A DNA stretch of 64,000 bases, from positions 1-64,000 of the forward strand of contig JBMFSH010000007.1 of NCBI GenBank assembly GCA_049967655.1. Direction: 5' to 3'. How positions within the stretch are numbered: position 1 is the first letter of the stretch; the number at the start of each line of letters is the position of its first letter. The stretch is from Acidobacteriota bacterium (GTDB lineage: Bacteria > Acidobacteriota > UBA4820 > DSQY01). A model generated the notes under the pieces. It worked only from the letters and a program-made list of their open reading frames with translations, ran no database searches and was not told the origin of the DNA. Shown here in pieces: positions 32,165 through 40,459 of this stretch. A program made the translations under genes and the position numbers.

Positions 32165-32593
32165 ATGGCTCGCCGGCCCAACAAGGGAGAAGGGAAGCGG
32201 TACTACATGATCTCCGCCGTCTCTCAGCGTTTCGGCGTTCATCCCCAGACGTTGCGTCTCTACGAACGGGACGGTCTGCTCAAGCCCTCCAGAACGGACG
32301 GGAACACGCGGATGTACACCGACGAGGACCTGGAGCGGCTGGAGATCATCTTGAACCTGACCCGCAACCTGGGCGTCAACCTGGCGGGTGTGGAGATCGT
32401 CCTGAACATGAGGCAGAAGATGGCTCTCATGCAGGAGCAGATGAACGCCTTCATGGAGTTCTTCCTGGATCAGTTGGGCCACAAGGGCGTCACCCGCGAG
32501 GAGGTCAGGGAGCGAGCCCTGGCCAGGCTGCCCCAGCGGTCCCTGCAGCTCCTTCTCGACAGGCTGGCGAAGGGCGGCGATCGTGAGGAATAG
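32165..32593 (+). CDS. hspR: Heat-shock repressor HspR (MerR family)
   Basis: Y.IS.V...G.HPQTLR.YER.GL..P.RT.G..R.Y and LGVNLAGV. Confidence 0.9.
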   Translation: MARRPNKGEGKRYYMISAVSQRFGVHPQTLRLYERDGLLKPSRTDGNTRMYTDEDLERLEIILNLTRNLGVNLAGVEIVLNMRQKMALMQEQMNAFMEFFLDQLGHKGVTREEVRERALARLPQRSLQLLLDRLAKGGDREE

Positions 32594-33434
32594 CGGAAGC
32601 AGCAGCGAGGAATCGGCCCTTCTCAAGCGGTATCTTCGGGAGATCTCCCGCTTTCCCCTCCTGACCCCTGAGGAGGAGCGGGAGATCGGTCGGCGCATCC
32701 AGGCTGGGGACAAGGAGGCGCTTCAGCGCTTGGTGGAGTCCAACCTCCGGTTCGTGGTCTCCTTCTCCAAGAAATACCGGGGATGGGGCCTCTCCTTCCA
32801 GGACCTCATCAACGAAGGGAACATCGGCCTCATGGAGGCCGCCAAGCGGTTCGATCCCAACAAGGGGGTGAAGTTCATCACCTACGCCGTCTGGTGGATC
32901 CGGCAGGCCATCATCCACGCCCTCTCCGAGCAGGGAGGGCCCTTCCGGATTCCCCAGAAGCAGGCCAACCTCCTCTACAACATCCACAAGACCATCGCCG
33001 CCATGACCCCGGTTCTAGAGCGGGCTCCCACGGTGGGAGAGGTGGCGGAGGAGCTGGACGTGCCTCGCGAGAACGTGGAGGTTCTGATGCAGGCCGAAAG
33101 CGAGGATCTTCCTCTGGAATCCCTCGCGGACGAAGACTCGGACTTCCAGCTCCTGGACAAGATTGAGCAGTTCACCATGCCCCCCGTGGACCAAAACCTC
33201 ATGGAGGAGTCTTTCAAGAAGCTTCTGGCGGGCATGCTGAAGGACCTGGACCAGAAGGAGCAGCAGGTCCTCGTCCTGCGCTTCGGGCTCGACGGCAAGG
33301 AGCCACACACGCTCAAGGAGGTCGGCGACAAACTGGGCCTCTCCCGTGAGCGCATCCGCCAGATCGAGACGCAGGCCCTCAAGAAACTCAAGCACAGCAA
33401 GAAGAGCAAGCAGCTGATGGGCTACCTGAATTGA
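32583..33434 (+). CDS. Sigma-70 family alternative sigma factor (regions 1.2 to 4, no region 1.1)
   Basis: YLREISRFPLLT, NLRFVVS, DLINEGNIGL, KF.TYAVWWIRQ, TLKEVG..LGLSRERIRQIE. Confidence 0.92.
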   Translation: MRNSGSSSEESALLKRYLREISRFPLLTPEEEREIGRRIQAGDKEALQRLVESNLRFVVSFSKKYRGWGLSFQDLINEGNIGLMEAAKRFDPNKGVKFITYAVWWIRQAIIHALSEQGGPFRIPQKQANLLYNIHKTIAAMTPVLERAPTVGEVAEELDVPRENVEVLMQAESEDLPLESLADEDSDFQLLDKIEQFTMPPVDQNLMEESFKKLLAGMLKDLDQKEQQVLVLRFGLDGKEPHTLKEVGDKLGLSRERIRQIETQALKKLKHSKKSKQLMGYLN

Positions 33435-34705
33435 ACCCGCCGCAGGCGGGCGAAATCCGGGTTCCCGGGCCGCTGGAGGTCCCGATGCGCGCGCCTTGGA
33501 TGTCAAGCATCACGATGATGGCACTCTTCGTCTTTACCCTGCCCGCGGTAGGCCAGTCGGCGGACCAGGGCTTCAAGCCCCAGCCTCTGCTGGAGCAGGG
33601 GGTCGCGCTTCTGAAGAAGGGGGAGGCCGACCAGGCCGAACCCCTCCTGCGCCAGGCCGCCCTGGCCGCTCCGGAAGACGCGCTGGTCTACTTTTACCTC
33701 GGGTCGGCTCAGATGGCCCAGTCCGAGTACTCGGATGCGGCCTCCTCCCTGCGCAGGGCCCTGCGCCTCAATGAGGCCAACTCCTCCCTCGGCAGGGCCA
33801 ACTGGCGAGAGGCGCAAGACAACCTGGGCCTGGCTTTGGCCTTCCAGCAGGAGTACGGGCAGGCCAAAAAGGTCTACGAAGCGGCGCTCGCTAAGGATCC
33901 CGACTATCCGCCTTTCTCTTACAATCTCGCCTGCGTCTGCTCCCGGGCCGGTGACCGCCTGGGAGCCATCGCGGCCCTACGCGAGGCTCTGCTAGTGGAC
34001 GCTCGGCAGGAAAGCGGCCCAACCCTGCCCGACCCCTCCGTGGACCAGGACCTGAAGGGGCTTCTCGGAGACCCGCGGTTCCAGGCCACCCTCCTCGTGG
34101 CCATCGGTCCCCAGCCCAATGATGGCCCGGGAAGCGCCCTCATGCGCGAGGGCGCTCGGTTGCTCTCGGCCGGAGAAGACGCCGCCGCGGAGGCCAAGGA
34201 GCGGGCCGCCATCGCTGCCGAACCCTCATCGCCCAGGGCTTGGTTTTTCCTGGGGGGCGCTCTCGAGGAACAGAAGCGGCTGCCCGAGGCGGCCGAGGCC
34301 TACGCCAAGGCGCTCGCGGCGGACAACCCCCCGGGGCGGGTGCTGAGTAAGCCCATGCGGCGCCATGCCCTCATGGCGGAGGGGATGGCGGCCCTGGCGA
34401 AGGGCCAGGGTGAAGCGGCGGTCGGCTTCTTCCAGGCGGCGTCGGCGCTGGATCCCTTCCACCCCATGGCCTTCTACGACCTCGGAAGGGCCTTCGCACT
34501 CCAAGGGAAGATGAAGGAGGCGGCTCAGGCCGTGCGGAAGGCGGAGGATCTGAAGGACAACCTCACGGCGGTGGAGGGCCCTCTGCCAGACCCCGCGAAG
34601 GATCCGGCCTTCGACCGCTGGTCCAAGGACCCGGCCTGGCGGGCGCTTCTCAGCGGCGAGACGGCCGCACCCTCGGCCGGCGCTCCCAAGGCTCCGGTCC
34701 CCTGA
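33431..34705 (+). CDS. Secreted TPR protein with two TPR/end-cap modules (true start probably near 33485-33514)
   Basis: Signal-peptide-like segment; repeated YNLAC/YDLG...LPDP..D...DP.(F/W) module. Confidence 0.75.
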   Translation: MNPPQAGEIRVPGPLEVPMRAPWMSSITMMALFVFTLPAVGQSADQGFKPQPLLEQGVALLKKGEADQAEPLLRQAALAAPEDALVYFYLGSAQMAQSEYSDAASSLRRALRLNEANSSLGRANWREAQDNLGLALAFQQEYGQAKKVYEAALAKDPDYPPFSYNLACVCSRAGDRLGAIAALREALLVDARQESGPTLPDPSVDQDLKGLLGDPRFQATLLVAIGPQPNDGPGSALMREGARLLSAGEDAAAEAKERAAIAAEPSSPRAWFFLGGALEEQKRLPEAAEAYAKALAADNPPGRVLSKPMRRHALMAEGMAALAKGQGEAAVGFFQAASALDPFHPMAFYDLGRAFALQGKMKEAAQAVRKAEDLKDNLTAVEGPLPDPAKDPAFDRWSKDPAWRALLSGETAAPSAGAPKAPVP

Positions 34706-34810
34706 GAAGCCGCGCAGGAACGGGCTAACGGAATTCGCGCCCAGATGGCGCGAAGATCGGATACGAAGGCGTTCAGTTGTTCCGGCGCGGCCCCTAAGGG
34801 CTGGGATGCA

Positions 34811-34839
34811 TTGACAATTCCGGTGCCTCCCGGCACAAT
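34811..34839 (+). promoter_or_regulatory. sigma70-type promoter
   Basis: TTGACA-17 nt-CACAAT. Confidence 0.6.
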
Positions 34840-34862
34840 AGGCCGCTAAGGAGGCCCAACTC

Positions 34863-36098
34863 GTGCGCCGATGCCTGCTGATCCTCATCCTTGCTCTGGT
34901 GGCCGTCCCCCTGCTGGCGTTGCCGGGAGACGATCCCGTGGCCATCGTGCCCACGGCCCACGGCCCCACCCTGTGGCTGCCGGCGCAGACCTCCCAGGCG
35001 GCCCAGCAGGCCGCCGCAGGTGAAGTGGCCCGCTACCGGGAAGCCTGGGCCGGCTTCTTTGGTTCGCCGCCGCCGCTTCCCGACCCGCTCACCGTATCCG
35101 GAGTGGGAATCTTGTCCGAACAGGTCTTCTCCGCCCTGTGGCAGGCCTCTGCCTCCGGGCTGAGGCCCGAGGAGCAGGAGGGGGCGGCTTCCGCGCTGCG
35201 CGCCGTGGTGCTCGATGATCCCGCCCCGCTTCTGGTTCCCGTGGCGAGGGCCCTCTCGGAGGGTCGCCTCGACGGAAGCCTGCTGTCGGGCGCTCTGCCC
35301 TACCTCTTTCTTCGATCCGAAGTGCAGACCCAAGGCTTTTTGCCGAAGGCCCTGCCTCCCGGCCCCGGCGCTTCTCGCCTGCGCGAGGCGCTGAAGGACC
35401 AGGGCGCCTCCTGGGACCAGTTCTGGAACCGTTTCACCTCCTGGGTTGTGGAGCGGGGACTGCGATACCACCTCCTCGCGACCCAGACCGGAACCCTCCC
35501 CGCCGTGTGGATGCTGGATTCCGACCTGACGCCCGGCCATTTCACGGCCTGGCGGTTCCATCTCTCCGAGGTGGACGAGGGAGTGAACCTCCAGGTGGAA
35601 GGCGAGGCCCCGAGCGGGATCCGGATGCTCAGCTTCTACACCGACGGCGCGGGGCGCGTGATTCAATCGGGCGTATGCGACCTGAAGGGACCGCGGCTTC
35701 TCTTCCCCCGCAACGGCCGGACGCTGTGGCTGGTATTGCTCAATGATTCGAGCAAGAGCGAGGGGGAGGACCTCACCATGACGCTCTGGAAGGACCTCGC
35801 CGCGCCGTTCGTGGTGCGCCGCGCCTCCTTGGACGGAAAGAGCTGCGATCTCTTCGTGGAGGAGCGGTCGGGGGTGGCCTTTTACGATCTCACGGGGCGC
35901 TCCTCCGGCAGCGACAAGTTCACCTCGCTGGGCGTCGCGCCCTTTCCCTCGGAAGGCGGCGGGAGCCACCACTACCGGGTACCCATCCAGGGCAGCCAGC
36001 CGAGCCTCGCCGAGATCAGGCTGACCTGCACCACCCTCGCGGGCGGCACCTTCACGGCCACGGCCCCGCTCTCCCCGTCGGGCTCGCGCTTGCCATGA
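34863..36098 (+). CDS. Hypothetical secreted protein
   Basis: Signal peptide, GGAGG RBS, stop overlaps the comM start. Confidence 0.7.
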   Translation: MRRCLLILILALVAVPLLALPGDDPVAIVPTAHGPTLWLPAQTSQAAQQAAAGEVARYREAWAGFFGSPPPLPDPLTVSGVGILSEQVFSALWQASASGLRPEEQEGAASALRAVVLDDPAPLLVPVARALSEGRLDGSLLSGALPYLFLRSEVQTQGFLPKALPPGPGASRLREALKDQGASWDQFWNRFTSWVVERGLRYHLLATQTGTLPAVWMLDSDLTPGHFTAWRFHLSEVDEGVNLQVEGEAPSGIRMLSFYTDGAGRVIQSGVCDLKGPRLLFPRNGRTLWLVLLNDSSKSEGEDLTMTLWKDLAAPFVVRRASLDGKSCDLFVEERSGVAFYDLTGRSSGSDKFTSLGVAPFPSEGGGSHHYRVPIQGSQPSLAEIRLTCTTLAGGTFTATAPLSPSGSRLP

Positions 36099-37633
36099 TG
36101 GTCCGCCTCCACTCCGCGGACCTGGCGGGCATCGAGGCCGTCCCGGTGGAGGTGGAGGTGGACGTCCAGCCGGGTATGCCGGCTTACGTCACCGTGGGCC
36201 TGCCCGACGCGGCCGTCCGGGAGAGCCGGGAGCGCGTGAAGAGCGCGCTTTTGAACGCGGGCTACCAGTTCCCCCTCGAATCGGTCACCGTGAACCTAGC
36301 CCCGGCCGACATTCCCAAGGAGGGGTCCCAGCTGGATCTGCCCATCGCCATGGGGCTGATGACCGCCAGCGGGCAGATCCCGGCCTCCTCCGGGCAGGCG
36401 GGCTTCCTGATGGCCGGTGAGCTGGCGTTGAATGGGCGCCTGCGGCCCGTTCGAGGCGCTCTGGCCATGGCGGTGCTGGCGCGCGCCTCGGGCGTGGCGC
36501 TCCTCTGCCCGTCCGAGAACGTGCCCGAGGCCGCTCTCGTGGAGGGATGCACGGTCTACGGAGTCGCCTCCCTCAGCTCGGCCGTGCGGTTCCTGCGGGG
36601 GGAGGAGGTCCTGGAGCCGGCCCCGCACAGGTCCTTCGCGGAGCTCCTGAAGGAGGTCCCCAGCCCGCTGGACCTCCAGGAGGTGCGAGGGCAGGCGCAC
36701 GTGAAGCGCGCCCTGGAGGTGGCCGCCGCCGGAGCGCACAACGTCCTGCTCATGGGCCCCCCAGGCTCGGGCAAGTCCATGCTGGCCAAGCGCTTTCCGA
36801 CGATTCTTCCGCCCATGTCCTTCGAGGAGGCCCTGGAGACGACCCGCATCCACTCGGTGCGGGGCGAGCTGCCGCCGGCCGGCGAGGGCATCGTGGCCGT
36901 TCGGCCCTTCCGGTCCCCCCACCACACCATCTCCTACGCCGGCATGATCGGCGGCGGTGCGCGCATCCTTCCCGGCGAGATCTCCATGGCCCACAACGGC
37001 GTGCTCTTCCTGGACGAGCTTACGGAGTTCAGGCGGGACGTGCTGGAAAGCCTGCGGCAGCCCCTCGAGGACCGCGGGATCTCCATCGCTCGCGCCAAGC
37101 AGAGCCTCTCCTTCCCCGCCGCCTTCACCCTGCTGGCGGCCAGCAACCCCTGCCCCTGCGGCTATTACGGGGACCCCGCCCACCGGTGCCGCTGCACCCC
37201 CTTGCAGATCAAGCGCTATCTGGACAGGCTGTCGGGGCCCCTGCTGGACCGGATCGACATTCAGGTGGAGGTGACCGCCATGGCGCCCGAGGAGCTGAGG
37301 CAGGCCCCGCAGGGCGAGCGCTCGGCGGAGGTGCGGCGCCGGGTCCGCGGGGCCCGCGAGCTGCAGTGGGAAAGGTTCCGCGGGACGGGGATCTTCGCCA
37401 ACGCCCAGATGGACGAGAAGATGGTGGACCGCTGCTGCGCTCTGGAGCCCGGAGGCGAGGAGCTGCTCATGAAGGCCCTCCGGACCATGGGCATCACCGC
37501 CCGCGGGCACCACCGAATCTTGAAGGTGGCCAGGACCCTGGCCGACCTGCAGGGGCGGGAGCGGATCGGCTCCGCGCACATCGCCGAGGCCATCCAATAC
37601 AGGACCTTCGATCGAAAGCTGTTCACCGCCTGA
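36095..37633 (+). CDS. comM: YifB/ComM Mg-chelatase-like AAA+ ATPase
   Basis: VGLPD.AV.ESRERV, GPPGSGKSM, PFRSPHH, LFLDEL, NPCPCG. Confidence 0.95.
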   Translation: MMVRLHSADLAGIEAVPVEVEVDVQPGMPAYVTVGLPDAAVRESRERVKSALLNAGYQFPLESVTVNLAPADIPKEGSQLDLPIAMGLMTASGQIPASSGQAGFLMAGELALNGRLRPVRGALAMAVLARASGVALLCPSENVPEAALVEGCTVYGVASLSSAVRFLRGEEVLEPAPHRSFAELLKEVPSPLDLQEVRGQAHVKRALEVAAAGAHNVLLMGPPGSGKSMLAKRFPTILPPMSFEEALETTRIHSVRGELPPAGEGIVAVRPFRSPHHTISYAGMIGGGARILPGEISMAHNGVLFLDELTEFRRDVLESLRQPLEDRGISIARAKQSLSFPAAFTLLAASNPCPCGYYGDPAHRCRCTPLQIKRYLDRLSGPLLDRIDIQVEVTAMAPEELRQAPQGERSAEVRRRVRGARELQWERFRGTGIFANAQMDEKMVDRCCALEPGGEELLMKALRTMGITARGHHRILKVARTLADLQGRERIGSAHIAEAIQYRTFDRKLFTA

Positions 37634-37656
37634 TCGGAGACGGGGTCGCTGCTCCC

Positions 37657-38136
37657 CTAGCGGGGGACGGTGGGTCCTCCGCTCCGAAGGCGCCAAGTCA
37701 GACGCCCCAGAATGCGGTTCAGTGGGTTATCCCGGGAAAGAACGGGGATGGGAGGCTTTCTGCGCATGCCGATGGTCTTGTAGAAGCTCACGAGGAGCTC
37801 GCGGTGAGGAGAGCGGAGCCGCAGCCCTCGATGAAGGGTGCGGACACACAGGAAACGGTCCCCGCACGCGAGGTAGGCCTTAGAGAGGTTGAGGTAGCAG
37901 AGAGGCTCCTCGGGATCCTTTTGGGCGGCCTCCTGACAGAGGGCGAGCCCTCTGGCCGCGCGGCCCTCCTCGCAGGCGGTCAACATCCCGACGTAGGACA
38001 TGGCGATGGGGCTCTCGGGATGGATCTTGAGGTAGTCCTCGAAAAGAACCTTGGCCCTTTCCATAAGCCCCGTCTCGACCAACTTGATCCCCTCCTTCAG
38101 CCGAGGAGGGACGTCCACCACGCTCAAGTCCGGCAT
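37657..38136 (-). CDS. Small TPR-like hypothetical protein
   Basis: YLNLSKAYL TPR helix; G.RR.P.IP.LSR.NPLN..LG.L tail. Confidence 0.75.
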   Translation of the reverse strand: MPDLSVVDVPPRLKEGIKLVETGLMERAKVLFEDYLKIHPESPIAMSYVGMLTACEEGRAARGLALCQEAAQKDPEEPLCYLNLSKAYLACGDRFLCVRTLHRGLRLRSPHRELLVSFYKTIGMRRKPPIPVLSRDNPLNRILGRLTWRLRSGGPTVPR

Positions 38137-38620
38137 GTCACACCCCCCTTGCCCTTCGTTCCACTCGCGTAGGCCAATCCTCGCTCGCCTGGATGGGTTC
38201 CCGGGCTCTCCCCTCCAAAGCGCTCATCATACCCTAAAGCAGAGCCCTCTTGCCAAGGCCTCTCCCTGCCCCAAATTCCGCGATGGAAACGCGGGTGCCT
38301 CCGGCTACCACTCGGGTTCACGGGGGAAAGGCGTTGTCTCCTGGACGGGGAGGGCCATGGCCTTGCCCCCCGAACCGCGAGCTAAGCCCGGCGGTTCGGG
38401 AGATTGCCCTGCGGGGCCCCGCCCCCCCGGCAAAGCCCGATGGGGCCCCACCTCTCCCTTGGCACCCTCTTCGCCTTCGGCTCGACGGTTCCCAATCCCT
38501 CAGTGGGTGTGACACCCTTTCCCACTGGGCGTGACCTGTCGCGCCCTCCAAGGCTGTTCCCCTCCTCCATTGCGGGATTGGGGCCTGCGGATCCGACCGA
38601 TCGGGATCTCAGCCCTGTCC

Positions 38621-38693
38621 ATGAAAGTGAGTGAAGGCTTTCATAAAAGGTGTGACTTGCTTACTTGACAGAGACCTCCGAGAGGGATAGCGT
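38621..38693 (+). promoter_or_regulatory. tetR promoter with an upstream inverted repeat
   Basis: TTGACA(38665)-17 nt-TAGCGT; ATGAAAG-N10-CTTTCAT at 38621-38644. Confidence 0.55.
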
Positions 38694-38731
38694 CACCGTA
38701 GTGAGTGAGTGGGCACAAGCGAGGAGGGGCC

Positions 38732-39316
38732 ATGGACCTCATCATGGAAGAAAGCAAGCGGGATACCAAGTTGCCCGCCATCCTGCGGGCGGCTCTGGAA
38801 CTCTTCACCGAAAAGGGGATCTACGCGACCACGACCAAGGACATCGCCCGCCGCGCCGGGGTCAGCGAAGGGGCCCTGTACCGGCACTTTCAGAGCAAGC
38901 AGGAACTGGCCGAAGACCTGTATTTGACCCACCTCTCCTACTTCACGGCCCAATTGGACCGGAGCGTCCTGGTCTACGACAACCTCAAGGAGCGCCTGGA
39001 GGCCCTCATCGAGGGCTGTTTTCGGTTCTTCGACGAGGATCGCACGCTCTTCACCTACCTCATTCTGAGCGAGCACAACGAGCTGGGACGAACCAGCCGA
39101 AAGGTCCGCCACATCCGCCACCTGGTTCGGGACATCCTGGCCGAAGCCCGCGAGCGCGGCCAGGTGAGGGAGGGAGACCTAGAGCTGTTCGGCGCCATGG
39201 TGATCGGGATCATCATTCGCGTGGCCATCTTCCGCATTTACGGCCTCATCACGGGAGATCTGAAGACGCGCGCCGCCGAGGTCTCGGACTCCTGCTACCG
39301 CTTCCTCGCCCCCTGA
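38732..39316 (+). CDS. TetR/AcrR family regulator
   Basis: ILRAALELF..KG...TT..DIARRAGVSEGALYRHF.SK; GAGGAGG RBS. Confidence 0.95.
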   Translation: MDLIMEESKRDTKLPAILRAALELFTEKGIYATTTKDIARRAGVSEGALYRHFQSKQELAEDLYLTHLSYFTAQLDRSVLVYDNLKERLEALIEGCFRFFDEDRTLFTYLILSEHNELGRTSRKVRHIRHLVRDILAEARERGQVREGDLELFGAMVIGIIIRVAIFRIYGLITGDLKTRAAEVSDSCYRFLAP

Positions 39317-39466
39317 TGGAACCCCCAAGTTCGAGACATGGAGGCGCTATCTCCTTCGAGCCCGTTTCCAAGCCGTGCTAAACTGTTAAAAGAACCGTCT
39401 TGCAGCGCGGCCTGCGCCGGCCGGAGTCTGGCGCCACGGGACCCTTGAGCCCGCGGGGAGGAGCCG

Positions 39467-40003
39467 ATGGACGCGAAGGAGTTGCTCGAGGCCGTCATCC
39501 GGGAAAGGGGAGCCTCGCAGGCGGGACTGGATTCTGGTGCCAAGGTTCTGGCCCAGGCCATTTCCGAGGCCCTCGCGGTGAAGCCGGAGGAGGTGGCCAT
39601 CCTGGTCCTCACCTCCACGGAGCAAAGTTTGAAGTTCGTCTGGCCGCGAGCCCTATCGCAAGGAAGCGGGGTTTTCCCGGCGAACCACAGGAACGCCGTC
39701 GCCTCGGGCGTCCTGGCCGCCATGAAGGGCAGGGTGGACAACCGCCTGGCCGAGAGCAAGCACCTGAAATTCTACGAAAGCATCAAATGGATGGAGTGCA
39801 GCGGCCTGCCCATCCAGAAGATGGTGGCGCTGCCCATGGTGGCCGGGGAGCGCGCGATCGGAGTGGTCGAGGTGTCGAGAAAGGGCAGGACCCCCGAGGA
39901 GGCCGGCCCCAACTTCACCTCCCAGGATGCTCAGCTCCTGGTCAGCCTCTGCGCGACCTGCGCTCCCCTCCTTGCGCAGCTCATTCCCAAGCCCTTCTTT
40001 TGA
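39467..40003 (+). CDS. Stand-alone GAF-domain protein
   Basis: MVALPM.....IGVVEVSRK...FT..D..LL GAF C-terminal pattern; GGAGGAG RBS. Confidence 0.75.
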   Translation: MDAKELLEAVIRERGASQAGLDSGAKVLAQAISEALAVKPEEVAILVLTSTEQSLKFVWPRALSQGSGVFPANHRNAVASGVLAAMKGRVDNRLAESKHLKFYESIKWMECSGLPIQKMVALPMVAGERAIGVVEVSRKGRTPEEAGPNFTSQDAQLLVSLCATCAPLLAQLIPKPFF

Positions 40004-40053
40004 GCCCGCCGCCGGGCCGCTCGCAGCGCCACTCCCTCTGGAACCGACAGAAC

Positions 40054-40386
40054 ATGACCATCACCGGCACCGGCCCCCTCGATTCTTCCCTCTGGCTCTC
40101 GGCGCCACCCGTTACGGTGGAGCTCCGCGGCGCCTCCATGGAGCCGCTCCTGTCCGAGGGTGACCGCGTGGAGGTGGTGCTCGCCGCGCGGGAGGAGCTG
40201 AAGGCTGGCGATCTGGTGGTTTTCCGGCGCGGGGAGGAGAGGGTGGTCCACCGCTTCTTGAAGGGTCTGCCGGGGGGATTCCTCGAAGGTGGGCCGAATC
40301 GCCCTTGGCCTCCCCCGAGAGTGGCCGCGCAGGATCTTGCTGCGCCTCTGCGGCTGGTTCCTGCCCGTCTGAACCCTCTCCCGTGA
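40054..40386 (+). pseudogene. S24/S26-family peptidase-like gene, probably frameshifted or internally deleted
   Basis: GASMEP.L.EGD.V, GDLVVF, VVHR; no downstream GD.N, and high GC3 continues in the +1 frame to TGA 40372. Confidence 0.55.
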
Positions 40387-40409
40387 ACCGCCCAAAGCAT
40401 CGCGGTTTC

Positions 40410-40438
40410 TTGAAGCCAGCCATGCCGGAGAGTACAAT
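40410..40438 (+). promoter_or_regulatory. sigma70-type promoter of the ileS operon
   Basis: TTGAAG-17 nt-TACAAT. Confidence 0.6.
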
Positions 40439-40459
40439 CTCTGGATTCAGGAGGTTGCC

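Noticed and set aside
40387..40459. T-box leader for ileS
   Set aside because: The promoter is only about 20 nt from the start codon, leaving no room, and no T-box motif is present.
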